A stretch of DNA of 64,000 nt from an uncultured Acidobacteriota bacterium. GTDB taxonomy: Bacteria > Actinomycetota > Acidimicrobiia > Spongiisociales > ZC4RG35. The stretch is from the NCBI GenBank assembly GCA_963828465.1, contig CAWHEU010000026.1, forward strand, positions 32,001-96,000. Direction: 5' to 3'. Numbering within the stretch: position 1 is the first letter of the stretch; each line of letters starts with the position of its first letter. This document shows, in pieces, positions 28,067 through 37,966 of the stretch. Under the pieces are notes generated by a model. It had not been told where the DNA came from. It searched no databases and was given only the letters and a program-made list of their open reading frames with translations. A program made the translations under genes and the position numbers.

Positions 28067-29100
28067 GATTCCCGTTCGAGCGTCTCGTCGCCTTCTCACG
28101 AGACGTCCTGGTCGCTGTCGATGCGCTGCCCGAGCACGCCGAGGTGACCGCCCGCCGGCTGCTCGAGGCCGATCTGAGAGGGCGGACCGGTCACGGTCTG
28201 ATCCGGGTCCCCCAGTACGTGATGAGGATCGAGGCAGGTGGCATCGATCTCCGTCCCGAGATCTCCGTCCTTCGGGAGACACCGGTGAGTGCCCTGGTCG
28301 ACGGTGACAATGGTCTGGGTCAGGTCGTGATGACCCTGGCTGCCGAGACTGCGATGGCCAAGGCCACCGAATCGGGCATGGCCTGGGTGGGCACGGTCCA
28401 TTCCAACCATGCCGGCGCTGCCGGTGTGTACACCACGATGGCGGCTCGCCGGGACCTCATCGCCCTCTACATCGCGGTAGCCAGCGCCAATGTGATGCCC
28501 CCTTGGGGCGGGCAGGAGAGGCTGCTCGGGACCAACCCGATCTCCATTGCCATTCCGGCAGGCGAGGGACATCCATACGTCCTCGACATCGCAACGACAG
28601 TCACATCACACGGCACGATCAAGGTGTTGGCCCAGGCCGGCGAGTTGATGCCCGAGGGCTGGGTGGTCGATCTCGAGGGCAACCCGATCTTGGACCCGAA
28701 TCGAGCCGACGAGGGCTTTCTCATGCCGATCGGTGGCTACAAGGGGTCCGGGCTCAACATCGGTCTCGGCTTGCTCGCCGGGGTGCTCAACGGTGCCGCG
28801 TTCGGGGACGACGTGATCGACCACCGCAAAGTGCCGGGACAACCGGCCAACACAGGCCAGGCGATGTTCGTGATGCGACCCGACCTGTTCAGCGACCTCG
28901 ACCAATTTCGTGCAGACATGGATCACCACCTGAATGACCTTCGCGCCGCCGGCCCACCGGGGTCGGTTCGCCTCCCCGGTGATATCGCTGCCGAGCTCGA
29001 AGCGGAGCGATCAGCGGAAGGGATCCCGGTCGGCGACGTCCTTCTCGGCCAGCTTCGTGATCTAGGAGCGCGCTTGGGTTTGGAGGACCGGCTCGACTGA
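28063..29100 (+). CDS. Ldh_2 (type 2 malate/L-lactate/sulfolactate dehydrogenase) family oxidoreductase
   Basis: ADLRGRTGHG, SNHAG, LGTNPI, GGYKGSGL, RLPG. Confidence 0.9.
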   Translation: MRFPFERLVAFSRDVLVAVDALPEHAEVTARRLLEADLRGRTGHGLIRVPQYVMRIEAGGIDLRPEISVLRETPVSALVDGDNGLGQVVMTLAAETAMAKATESGMAWVGTVHSNHAGAAGVYTTMAARRDLIALYIAVASANVMPPWGGQERLLGTNPISIAIPAGEGHPYVLDIATTVTSHGTIKVLAQAGELMPEGWVVDLEGNPILDPNRADEGFLMPIGGYKGSGLNIGLGLLAGVLNGAAFGDDVIDHRKVPGQPANTGQAMFVMRPDLFSDLDQFRADMDHHLNDLRAAGPPGSVRLPGDIAAELEAERSAEGIPVGDVLLGQLRDLGARLGLEDRLD

Positions 29101-29105
29101 ACAGA

Positions 29106-30191
29106 TCAGGCAGGTGGCGAGGCGATTGACCACCGGACGTGGCCCGGCGTGATATCGGCCACCGACCCACAGCCGATGTTGGCCATGGTGCTGCTGATCT
29201 CGTCTTCCAGGATCTCCAATGCACGCGAGAGTGCGTCGGCGCCCCCGACTGCCAGTCCCCAGCACTGAAGACGCCCGATGCCTACCGCCCGCGCACCCAG
29301 TGCCAAGGCCTTGCAAACCTCCGCCCCGCGGGTGAAGCCGCTGTCCACTGCCACCTCTGCGTCCGGACCGACAGCTTCGACTACCTCGGCCAGAGCTTCG
29401 ATCGTGCTGAGACCCTGGTCGATCATCCGCCCGCCGTGATTGGAGACGTAGACGGCGGCCACACCGCAATCGACAGCCTCCAAGGCGTCCTCGGCGGCCA
29501 TGACTCCTTTCACGACGACTGGCAGAGCGGTGTGGGCACAGAGCCAGGCGAGATCGGGCCAGGTGAAGGTCGCCCGATAGGCGTAGTCGAATCCATGTCG
29601 GTTCAGACTGTCTGTCCCTTCCGCCGGCACTGCCCAGCCGAAGCCGCTCTCGATGCTCCGGTCACGCCGTCCGATCACGGGCGAATCCACGGTCACGCAT
29701 ATCCCGGCGAACCCGGCCTGTTCCGCCCTGTCGGCGATTTCGCTCATCCAGGGTCGATCACCCATCGGATATATCTGGAAGAAATGACGGCCGGGCGCAG
29801 TGGACGCCACGTCCTCCCACGGGGACGCGGTGAGCATCGCGCAGAATGCCGACGTCCCGCGCGTGGTTGCTGCCTCCGCCGCAGCCAAAGCATCCCCAGG
29901 GTCGTACAACCCCAGGGCGGCCACAGGGGCGAGCATCACCGGGACAGCGAGCGGCACTCCGACGAACGACGAAGTGGTGTCGACACGGCTCACGTCCCGC
30001 AGCACCCGCGGGACCAGGGCGAGGCGGTTCAGGGCGAGCGAGTTGCGTGTCGTGGTCACGCCCTGACCGGCACCGGCGGCCCCCCATTCGTATGGCCCGG
30101 GCTCGACCGACTCACGAGCACGAGCGATGATCTGGTCGATGGTCACCAGGTCGTCGAAATTGGCGGAGCCGGTCACCGGGGCATCCCCCAT
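29106..30191 (-). CDS. FMN-dependent alpha-hydroxy acid oxidase/dehydrogenase
   Basis: PRVLRDVS, TVDSPV, VVKGV, SNHGGR, DSG, KALALGA. Confidence 0.9.
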   Translation of the reverse strand: MGDAPVTGSANFDDLVTIDQIIARARESVEPGPYEWGAAGAGQGVTTTRNSLALNRLALVPRVLRDVSRVDTTSSFVGVPLAVPVMLAPVAALGLYDPGDALAAAEAATTRGTSAFCAMLTASPWEDVASTAPGRHFFQIYPMGDRPWMSEIADRAEQAGFAGICVTVDSPVIGRRDRSIESGFGWAVPAEGTDSLNRHGFDYAYRATFTWPDLAWLCAHTALPVVVKGVMAAEDALEAVDCGVAAVYVSNHGGRMIDQGLSTIEALAEVVEAVGPDAEVAVDSGFTRGAEVCKALALGARAVGIGRLQCWGLAVGGADALSRALEILEDEISSTMANIGCGSVADITPGHVRWSIASPPA

Positions 30192-30195
30192 GTCC

Positions 30196-31257
30196 TCAAT
30201 AGACCACTTCCACCAGCCGCCGCTCCCGGGCCGATCGCTCGATGGCCTCGCAGACCTGGGCACTGCGAAGACCGTCCAGACCGGATGCGTTCGGCTCCTC
30301 CCCGCTCAGCACCGAATTGGTGAAGGCGGCGAGAGACAGCCGGTGGGCCTCGGGCGCCGGGTAACGGGTGGTGGTTTCGCCCGCATCGGTGAGGATCGCC
30401 AGCTCACCGTCACTGCGTGATCGGGTGAAGGACTTGCCCACCACACGGCCTTGGGTCCCGTAGATAACGATGTCGTTGAGAGGATCGCGCAACTTCTCGT
30501 TGGCGTCGTACTGGACCATGACGCCATTCTCGAACCGCAGCTGTATCAGCGCCAGCATCTCGACCTCACCCGAGCCGGGCACCTGATCGAACATGGCCAT
30601 CACCTCCACGGGCTCCGAATGCAGCAGGACCCTGAGGAAGTCGAGCCCGTGCACACCCACGTTGTGGACCGAGCCCAGGCCGGCCATGACCGGGTCGGCT
30701 CGCCAGTTGTCGTAATGGCGCGGCCCCGAAGCGACCTGGAGCTGGACCACCCGGACGTCGCCAATCGTCCCCTCGGCGATGAGGCGGCTCACATCTCGAA
30801 CCCAGGGGAGATGGCGGTTGTGGAAGTTGACCCCGAGCGAGACGCCCGCCGACTCACAGGCGTCGAGGGCGCGCCTCGCATCGGCGACGTTGTTGCCCAG
30901 GGGCTTGTCACACAAGACGTGCTTTCCGGCACCGGCGGCAGCCACCACCTGATCGGCGTGGAACAGGTTTGGAGTGGCGATGAAGACCGCATCGACTTCG
31001 GGGTTGGCCAGCATCTCGTCATAGTCGGTGTATGCGAAGCGAGCCCCGAACTCCCGTGCGAAGTCATCGGCCCGACCCTGGTCCCGGCTCACAGCAGCCA
31101 CGAGATCACACGCCGGCTCGACCACCATCGCCGGCGCCATCGTGGACCGGACGATGTTGCCGATACCGATGATGCCCCAGCCGAGCGTTTCTCCCCCCAG
31201 CGAAGCGTTGGGGGGAGTACCGCCGGAGGCGGGGAGGGGGGCTTCTCGCTCGGTCAC
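30196..31257 (-). CDS. Gfo/Idh/MocA family oxidoreductase with in-frame palindromic insert at N-terminus
   Basis: WGIIGIGNI, GKHVLCDKP, GVHGLD. Confidence 0.9.
   Translation of the reverse strand: MTEREAPLPASGGTPPNASLGGETLGWGIIGIGNIVRSTMAPAMVVEPACDLVAAVSRDQGRADDFAREFGARFAYTDYDEMLANPEVDAVFIATPNLFHADQVVAAAGAGKHVLCDKPLGNNVADARRALDACESAGVSLGVNFHNRHLPWVRDVSRLIAEGTIGDVRVVQLQVASGPRHYDNWRADPVMAGLGSVHNVGVHGLDFLRVLLHSEPVEVMAMFDQVPGSGEVEMLALIQLRFENGVMVQYDANEKLRDPLNDIVIYGTQGRVVGKSFTRSRSDGELAILTDAGETTTRYPAPEAHRLSLAAFTNSVLSGEEPNASGLDGLRSAQVCEAIERSARERRLVEVVY
31190..31242. repeat. REP/RPE-like double-hairpin element inside the coding sequence
   Basis: CTCCCCCCA-GCGAAGCGT-TGGGGGGAG (9-bp stem) then CCGCC-GGA-GGCGG then GGAGGGGGG. 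Confidence 0.65.
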
Positions 31258-32252
31258 GCCAAGCCCAGGATCCTGGCCGGGTTCCCGCTGAGGATTGCCT
31301 CCTTCTCTCCGGCACTCAGCTCGGGGAGGCCGTTTACCCAGTTGACCGCGTCGTGCTGGACCATGGGGGCTGGATAGTCGGTGCCCAGAACGACGCGGTC
31401 GATGCCGACCGCGTCGATGAGGAAGCGCAGGGCGGGCCCGCTGTATGTGCAGGAGTCGTAGAGGAACCGCGAGAGGTAGTCGCTGGGTGGCATCGCCTGG
31501 GCGAATCCGTCGGACTGACCAAACGGGGGGATGAACCCTTCGCCCGAATCGGGCTCCAACGCCCCGGCCACCTTGTCCATCCGGGCCACCCCAAAGGAGG
31601 TGAATCCGCCCCCGTGTGCCAGGTACGGCTTGAGCTCAGGACAGCGGTCGAGGACCCCGCCGAACACAAGCGTGGCGAAGACGAGCGCCCGCTCGGTGAG
31701 GTTGCCTACCGCATTGCCCAGCTTGTACCGACTGATGCGGTGGCTGACCACCGTGTCCCCGCCCTGATGAAAGAAGACGATCGCTCCCAGCTCCTCGGCT
31801 GCGGTGAAGAAGGGGAGGAAGTCCGGCTCGTCATAGGTCCGGCCAGCTACGTGATCGCTGATGATCACGCCTTGCAGGCCGAGGTGCGTCATGGCCCGCT
31901 CCATCTCGGCGATGGCGCTCGGCGGGTCCTGCATGGGCAACGTGGCCAAGCCGGAGAACCGGGCTGGGTTCGCTGCCACCATCTCGGCGATCTCGTCGTT
32001 GCACTCGAGGGCGATCCGCCTGGTCACATCCAGCTCGTTCCCGTATTGGTAGAAGCCGACAGTGGGGGTGACGAGTTGCATGTCGACACCGAGGGAATCC
32101 ATCTCGGCGAGACGCTGGTCGAGCATCTTGTCGAAGCCGCCCAGACCCAGCTCGCCGGCCACCGCGTCGAGGCCGTGCCACTCGCCACGCTCCCTGATCG
32201 CCTTCTTGTACCTCTCCGGGGTGACGTGGGCGTGCATGTCGATCACGGGCAT
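31254..32252 (-). CDS. Amidohydrolase-2 (ACMSD-like) family protein
   Basis: IDMHAH, FFHQ, AHGGG, LGTDYP. Confidence 0.9.
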   Translation of the reverse strand: MPVIDMHAHVTPERYKKAIRERGEWHGLDAVAGELGLGGFDKMLDQRLAEMDSLGVDMQLVTPTVGFYQYGNELDVTRRIALECNDEIAEMVAANPARFSGLATLPMQDPPSAIAEMERAMTHLGLQGVIISDHVAGRTYDEPDFLPFFTAAEELGAIVFFHQGGDTVVSHRISRYKLGNAVGNLTERALVFATLVFGGVLDRCPELKPYLAHGGGFTSFGVARMDKVAGALEPDSGEGFIPPFGQSDGFAQAMPPSDYLSRFLYDSCTYSGPALRFLIDAVGIDRVVLGTDYPAPMVQHDAVNWVNGLPELSAGEKEAILSGNPARILGLA

Positions 32253-32260
32253 TCCGGATC

Positions 32261-32281
32261 GATATTACATTATGCATTCTA
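32261..32281. promoter_or_regulatory. Degenerate island operator (GATATTACATTATGCATTCTA) in divergent promoter region
   Basis: 13/21 match to the 7357 copy; same core spacing. Confidence 0.5.
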
Positions 32282-32302
32282 CCGAACTGACTGGGAGATC
32301 CC

Positions 32303-33076
32303 ATGCCCGAGCTGATGAAACACCGTCTCCAAAGAGGGGAACGGCTGGTGGTCTTCGCCGTCGGGCGGATGTTCCATCACAACCTCGTCCATTACCTGGG
32401 GATGGCCGGCGGTTTCGACGGCTTCTGGATCGATGTCGAGCACGGCGGCCTCACCACCCAGGACATCGAGGTCGCGGCTACCGCCGGGATGGCGCACGAC
32501 CTCGATTGCTTCGTCCGGGTTCCCCCGACCGATTACGCCACGGTCACCCGCTGTTTCGAGAGTGGCGCCACCGGGGTCATGGCCGCCCAGATCAAGAGTG
32601 CCGAAGAAGCCGAGGAGTTCGTCCGCTGGGCCAAGTTCGCCCCGCGGGGCCGGCGGGGCCTGAACCCGCTCGGCTTCGACGGGAGATACGGCACGATTCC
32701 GCTGGCCGAGTTCGCCGAGCAGGCCAACCGGGACACATTCGTCGCCATTCAGATCGAGACCGCCCAGGCGGTGGAGGAGGTCGATGGCATTGCCGCAGTC
32801 GACGGGGTGGACCTCCTCTTCGTGGGACCGTCGGATCTGAGTCAGGCGGTGGGCGTGATCGGCGACTTCATGGGTGAGGCATCGATCGCCGCAGTGGACC
32901 GTGTTGCCACGGCTTGCCGGGCCCACGGCAAACAATGGGGGGCGGTGACACCGAACCCTGAGTACGCCACGATGCTCATCGACAAAGGTTGCACCCTGAT
33001 CTCGCCGGTCAACGACGTAAAACTGGTGACCACAGGCCTGGCTGCGATGAAGGAGAGCTACTCAATGCTGTGGTGA
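32303..33076 (+). CDS. HpcH/HpaI class II aldolase
   Basis: WIDVEHG, FVRVP, PRGRRG, IQIET, LFVGPSDLS. Confidence 0.9.
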   Translation: MPELMKHRLQRGERLVVFAVGRMFHHNLVHYLGMAGGFDGFWIDVEHGGLTTQDIEVAATAGMAHDLDCFVRVPPTDYATVTRCFESGATGVMAAQIKSAEEAEEFVRWAKFAPRGRRGLNPLGFDGRYGTIPLAEFAEQANRDTFVAIQIETAQAVEEVDGIAAVDGVDLLFVGPSDLSQAVGVIGDFMGEASIAAVDRVATACRAHGKQWGAVTPNPEYATMLIDKGCTLISPVNDVKLVTTGLAAMKESYSMLW

Positions 33077-33100
33077 CCGTCTAGCCGGGGCGGCCCCAAA

Positions 33101-33769
33101 TCAGGACTTGGCGTCGAGCTCGAACGCCTCCAGCGGCAGGCTGATGTGACTGTGCTGGATCTCGATGGCGCGATCGGCATCGCCGGTCTGAAACGCGTCG
33201 AGGAGTGCGAAATGATCCGCGATGGCTTTTCGCCGGATCTCGGGATGGAGTTGCTGTGCCTGGGCCACGAACACTCCACCCGCCTCTTCGAGCGAGAGCA
33301 GGACACCGCTCAAACGCCGGCTCCTGGTCGCCTTGTGGAAAATCGAGTGGAACTGGATGTTGGTCTGCACCCAGGAACCGAGGTCTTCCTCCTCGGCGAG
33401 CTCGGTCGCCACCTGCCGAGCCTCCTTCAGCTCTTCCGGGGTGATTTTCGCCAGTGCCCGGCGGACGGCCAGCCCTTCCAACGACCGACGCATCTCGACG
33501 ATCTCGACCATCTCGTCCCAATCGGGCATGCGGACCGTGCCGATCCGATGACTGTCGAGTGTGATCAGGCCCTCGCTGGCCAGATCCCGCATCGCTTCCC
33601 GGACCGGGGTGGTGCTGACGTCTAGCTGGGCGGCGATGTCGGTCTGTACCAGCCGTGACCCCCCGGGCAGGTCTCCACGAAGGATCGCAGTTCGCAGGGC
33701 ATCCCGGACCAGGTCGACAGCGGTGACGCGTCGGGAGCGCGAGATATCAAGGCGGAGCCGGTCCTCCAC
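33101..33769 (-). CDS. GntR (FCD) family transcriptional regulator, leaderless GTG start
   Basis: VSTTPVREAMRDLASEGL, NIQFH; TATAGT-N7-GTG. Confidence 0.9.
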   Translation of the reverse strand: MEDRLRLDISRSRRVTAVDLVRDALRTAILRGDLPGGSRLVQTDIAAQLDVSTTPVREAMRDLASEGLITLDSHRIGTVRMPDWDEMVEIVEMRRSLEGLAVRRALAKITPEELKEARQVATELAEEEDLGSWVQTNIQFHSIFHKATRSRRLSGVLLSLEEAGGVFVAQAQQLHPEIRRKAIADHFALLDAFQTGDADRAIEIQHSHISLPLEAFELDAKS

Positions 33770-33789
33770 GTCCTGTACTATACCGAATA
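33769..33789. promoter_or_regulatory. Degenerate island operator over the gntR -10 and start (autoregulatory candidate)
   Basis: CGTCCTGTACTATACCGAATA, 15/21 identical to 39382-39402. Confidence 0.5.
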
Positions 33790-33831
33790 TAGAGCGTATG
33801 ATCCTGACGCTTCCGGAGAGCAGGAGGAACC

Positions 33832-35052
33832 ATCTCCAGATACGCCAAAGGACCATTCGCCGTCGACTGGGAAGACCGGTACGACTTCGCCGAGCTTCGC
33901 GGGCAGCGTGTCGCCAAGGCCCATGAAGCTCTGGCCGGCTCGGATGCCGACGCTGTCCTGGTCTGGAAGGACGAGAACGTCCGCTATCTCACTTCGCTGC
34001 GGGCCCAACTGATAGCCGGCAAGACCACATCCTTGAATGGCGCCCTACTCACTGCCGATGAGGATCCAGTCCTGTTGGGATCGGGTGGCGAGATCGACAA
34101 GGCCAGATTCGGGATGAGCTGGATTGGCGAAGCGCACGCCGTTCCGATCATGGAGCAGAGGGAGCTGGTCGATGGGTTCGTCAGGGACATCCTGATCCCC
34201 CTCCTCCAGGCCCGGGGTCTGACCACAGGTCGACTTGCCGTCGATCAGGCCAACATCTCGTTCATCGACTCGATGCGAGCGCATCTGCCTGACCTGGAGC
34301 TGGTCGATGGCGACACCGTCATGCAGCAGGCACGCTGGATCAAGACCGACCTAGAGGTGGCCGTCATCGAAGAGGCATGCGCCATCGGTGACTCGGTGAC
34401 CCAACGCGCCCTGGACGAGACGCGTGCCGGACGTCGCGAGCTCGATGTCGCGGCCGATGCCATGCAGACGCTGTTCCAGCTCGGCGGGGAGATGGCTCAC
34501 GTGATCACCCCGTTCGTCGCCAGCGGCGAGCACATGTCGCCTCCCCACCGTCTCGCCACCGACAAGATCATCCGCAACCAGGACCTCTGCTTCATCGACA
34601 TCGGCGCCATGTGGAACGGGTACTTCGCCGACATCGGGAGGACCACGATCGTGGGAAAGCCGTCACGGGAGCAGCAGGACATCTACACCGCGGTCTACGA
34701 AGGGCTGATGGCCGGGCTCGCCGTGATGCGGCCGGGTAACACCAACCAGGACTGTGCCGACGCCATCATCGGCAAGATCGCCGAGCACGGCCTCGCCGAT
34801 CATCTGTTCAGTCTTTTCATCGGGCATGGGATCGGGATGGGTGCCAACGAGCCGCCATATATAGGAGAGACACTGCCCGGCGCCACCACCTACGCGTTCG
34901 AGCCCAACATGGTCTTTGCGGTCGAACCGCTGGTGTGGGTGCCCAATGTGCGCGGGGGCGGGGGAGTCCGTCTCGAGGACATGGTTCTCATCACCGAGGG
35001 TGACCCTCACCTCCTCTCCCGCGTCGAGTACGAGGATCGCCTTCTCGTCTAA
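33832..35052 (+). CDS. M24 (Xaa-Pro peptidase fold) protein; apparent ATC start
   Basis: AGGAGG-AACC-ATC; frame continues AVDWEDRYDFAELR...ENVRY; IDIG...ADIGRT, GHGIG, AVEP, VRLED. Confidence 0.85.
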   Translation: MSRYAKGPFAVDWEDRYDFAELRGQRVAKAHEALAGSDADAVLVWKDENVRYLTSLRAQLIAGKTTSLNGALLTADEDPVLLGSGGEIDKARFGMSWIGEAHAVPIMEQRELVDGFVRDILIPLLQARGLTTGRLAVDQANISFIDSMRAHLPDLELVDGDTVMQQARWIKTDLEVAVIEEACAIGDSVTQRALDETRAGRRELDVAADAMQTLFQLGGEMAHVITPFVASGEHMSPPHRLATDKIIRNQDLCFIDIGAMWNGYFADIGRTTIVGKPSREQQDIYTAVYEGLMAGLAVMRPGNTNQDCADAIIGKIAEHGLADHLFSLFIGHGIGMGANEPPYIGETLPGATTYAFEPNMVFAVEPLVWVPNVRGGGGVRLEDMVLITEGDPHLLSRVEYEDRLLV

Positions 35053-35978
35053 CCGGCCAGCGTCGTCATCACCTTCTCGACGATCGTCCTGGCCACCCGA
35101 TCGACCGATTCGCGGGTGTTGCCGGCGACGTGCGGCGTGAGGAGCAGGTTGGGGACGGTGGCGAACACCGCGGCCGGCTCTTGTCCCAGCGGTTCCGACG
35201 CGAAAACGTCGAGAGCTGCGCCCCCGAGCTTTCCGGCGAGCAGAGCCTCCGCCAGAGCGGTCTCGTCGACGATGCCGCCCCGGGATGTGTTGATGAGGAC
35301 AGCGGTCGGCTTCATGCGACCCAAGACGGATGCGTCGATGAGGTTGCGGGTTTCGTCGCTCAACGGGACATGGAGGCTGATCACATCGGAGGTGGCGAGG
35401 AGAGCCTCGAGGTCGACACGACGAACCAACGCCCAGGCCGCGTCGTCGGCGGGCACGAAGGGATCGTGGGCGATGATCTCCATGCCCAAGCCGGCGGCAC
35501 GGGTCGCCACCTGTCGTGCGATGGAGCCGTAGCCCACGAGCCCCAGGGTCTTTCCCATGAGCTCGTGTCCGAATGCATGCCCTTGCCGTGGCCACTCCCC
35601 GGCCACCATCGAAGGTGTCATCCCGTAGACGCCCCTGACAACGACGAACATCGCCCCGATGACATACTCGGCGACAGAGACCGCGTTCTCGCCGGCCGCG
35701 TGTATTACCCGCACCCCGGCCTGCTCACAGCCTTTCATATCGATGTTGTCGAGACCCACGCCGAGTCTCCCGATCACGCGAAGATCGGGCGCTGCCGCGA
35801 TCAACTCCTCGTCGACACGGGTGCGATTGCGGGTGAACAAGGCTTCGACCCCGGACATCCGATCGAGCAGCCGGCTCCGATCGGTGCAGAGGTCCGGGTC
35901 GTACACCACGTCGTGACGTGTCCGAAGGAGATCGAGCTGCTCATCGGGCAGGTACTCCGAGACCAGGATGTTGCTCAT
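35049..35978 (-). CDS. D-2-hydroxyacid dehydrogenase (resembles (S)-sulfolactate dehydrogenase SlcC clade)
   Basis: RNRTRVD, GRLGVGLDNID, SVAEYV, GEWPR, INTSRGGIVDE, TPHVAG. Confidence 0.85.
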   Translation of the reverse strand: MSNILVSEYLPDEQLDLLRTRHDVVYDPDLCTDRSRLLDRMSGVEALFTRNRTRVDEELIAAAPDLRVIGRLGVGLDNIDMKGCEQAGVRVIHAAGENAVSVAEYVIGAMFVVVRGVYGMTPSMVAGEWPRQGHAFGHELMGKTLGLVGYGSIARQVATRAAGLGMEIIAHDPFVPADDAAWALVRRVDLEALLATSDVISLHVPLSDETRNLIDASVLGRMKPTAVLINTSRGGIVDETALAEALLAGKLGGAALDVFASEPLGQEPAAVFATVPNLLLTPHVAGNTRESVDRVARTIVEKVMTTLAG

Positions 35979-35981
35979 CCG

Positions 35982-36890
35982 TTACTTGCCGGATCCGGAC
36001 ACCAGCCCGGCCACCACATATCTCTCCACCCGGGTGTAGACCAGGACGAAGGGGAGCACGGTCAGCAACGTGAAAGCTGCCTCCGCGGGGAAGTTGGCCA
36101 GACCCTCGATGCCCTGCATCAGGTAGAGCTCGAAGGGCAGGGTGCGTTTCCCGGGCGTGCTGGTGAGCACGAGCACCAGGGTGAACTCGTTCCAGGCCTC
36201 CCGGAAGGCGAGCACCCCGATGGTGATCATGGCCGGCGCGGCGAGGGGGACCACGATGTAGCGGAGACGAGTCCACAGTGTGGCCCCATCGACGTTGGCC
36301 GCCTCCTCGATGTCGCGCGGGATCTGTTGGAAGAAGCCAACCATGAGCCAAACGGCGAGCGGGAGCAGCATGCCCGTATAGACGATGATCAGCGTCGTCC
36401 TCTTGTCGAGTTGACCAGTGGCGACCGCCAACCGGTAGATCGGCACCATGATCCCGAGACTGGGCACAAGACGGGGGAGGAGCGTGAACAGCAGGAGGAG
36501 ATGGCGGCCCCGGAACCGGAAGCGGGCGAAGGCGTAGGCCGCCGGCACCCCGATCGCCAGGGTGAGGATTGTCGTGCCGACCCCGACGACAACGCTGTTG
36601 ACGAAGGAAGAGGTGAAGCTCTCGCTGGAGAGCACCTCCCTGTAAGCGTCGAGCGTGGGATCTCTCGGTATCAGGCTCGGTTCGGAGAAGACATCCCCTT
36701 TCTCCTTGAACGACACCGAGGTGGTGACAACGAATGGAGCCACGGTCCAGATGACGAGTGCGATGAGGGGGATGGCGAGGAGGAACTGCCGGATTCCCCG
36801 GCGGAACCCGCCGCCGGCCGGCCGCTTCTGCTCCCGTGTCGGACCGGTCACCGCCCCTGCGGCTGCTGCCGTCTCCGCGGCCAAGGGCAC
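35982..36890 (-). CDS. Carbohydrate ABC transporter permease (CUT1, MalG-like)
   Basis: EAA loop IPRDIEEAANVDGA, WNEF; start could be ATG 36918 with a frameshift. Confidence 0.9.
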   Translation of the reverse strand: MPLAAETAAAAGAVTGPTREQKRPAGGGFRRGIRQFLLAIPLIALVIWTVAPFVVTTSVSFKEKGDVFSEPSLIPRDPTLDAYREVLSSESFTSSFVNSVVVGVGTTILTLAIGVPAAYAFARFRFRGRHLLLLFTLLPRLVPSLGIMVPIYRLAVATGQLDKRTTLIIVYTGMLLPLAVWLMVGFFQQIPRDIEEAANVDGATLWTRLRYIVVPLAAPAMITIGVLAFREAWNEFTLVLVLTSTPGKRTLPFELYLMQGIEGLANFPAEAAFTLLTVLPFVLVYTRVERYVVAGLVSGSGK

Positions 36891-36914
36891 GCCGCCGGGT
36901 CTTGGCAGCGTCGG

Positions 36915-37872
36915 TCATTGCTCGTACTCGTAGCGTCGGGCCACGCCCACGTAAGCCAGGGTGAGCACGGCGTTGAGAATGAGGATGAAGGTGGCGTTGG
37001 CCAGGGCCTGGTTGAACTCGAGGGCGCGGAACGCGACCGTGTACATCTCCATGGCAAGGGTCTGCGTGGCAAGGAGCGGCCCCCCACCGGTCATCGCCAG
37101 GACGACCCCGAGCCCGGTCAACGTGGAGTAGCTCAGCCAGACGGTGCTGATCACGAGCTGTGGTGTCAGTAGCGGGATGGTCAGAGATCGGGCCCGGGTC
37201 CATCCGGTTGCCCCGTCGACGAGGGCGGCGTCGAGATAGGACTTGTCGATGGTCATGAGACCGCCGAGCAGGACAAGGATGGTCAGGGGGAGATCGGTCC
37301 AGACCTGAGTCACGATGACGACGAACATCGCAAGCCCCGGGTCGCTCAGCCATCCCAGGCCATCGAGACCAAAGAACTCGATCACCTGGTTCACCGCCCC
37401 GAACTGGCTGTTGAAGAGGAGTCGGAACATGACCGCGGCGGCCACATTGGAGATGATGTAGGGGGCGACGGTCACCGCCCGGAGGAAGCGGAGCTTCCCG
37501 ACGACCCGGAACAGGGCGAAGGAGAAGAACAAGCCGAGCACCGTCCCGAGGATGAGGGAGCCGAACACGAATACCGCAGTTCGGTTCGAGCGCGTGCCAG
37601 AACTCGGGCCCGGAGAACATGTCGACGTAGTTCTCGAAGCCGACGAATTCGACCGGCGCCCCGAGGCTTGGGGCCCTGAAGAAACTCTGCCAGGTCCCGT
37701 AGATGACGGGGAAGCCGAGGATGGCCGCCACCAGCAGGATGGCCGGCAGGCTGAAGATGTAGGGCGTGGCCTTGCTGTGCCCGATCAGGGCGTTGCCGTC
37801 ACGGCCTCCGTTGCCGCCCGTGTCGGGGCGTCGGATCAAGCGTCGCGCTCTGGTGATCGTGGTCGCGGTCAT
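36915..37872 (-). CDS. Carbohydrate ABC transporter permease (MalF-like), with +1 frameshift at about 37585
   Basis: FVGFENY...FWHAL in one frame; FGSLILG...YLDAALVDGA...TGGGP in the next. Confidence 0.85.
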
Positions 37873-37905
37873 TCAGACGCCTCTTCGAGACACCACTCCG
37901 AGCAT

Positions 37906-37945
37906 GGCACACCCACGTTCACGGGGTCGTGAACGTGGGTGTGCC
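37906..37945. terminator. 18-bp perfect stem-loop between SBP and permease genes (mRNA-stabilising or attenuating hairpin)
   Basis: GGCACACCCACGTTCACG-GGGT-CGTGAACGTGGGTGTGCC. Confidence 0.8.
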
Positions 37946-37966
37946 TGTCACGACACGGTGGCCGGG

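Noticed and set aside
35130-37872. Long overlapping or antisense ORFs (e.g. 35130-37172 +, 35941-37872 -, 26488-27822 -, 24644-26005 +)
   Set aside because: Shadow frames typical of high-GC DNA: Arg/Pro/Gly-rich or antisense to well-supported genes. 35941-37872 is read-through caused by the 37585 frameshift.
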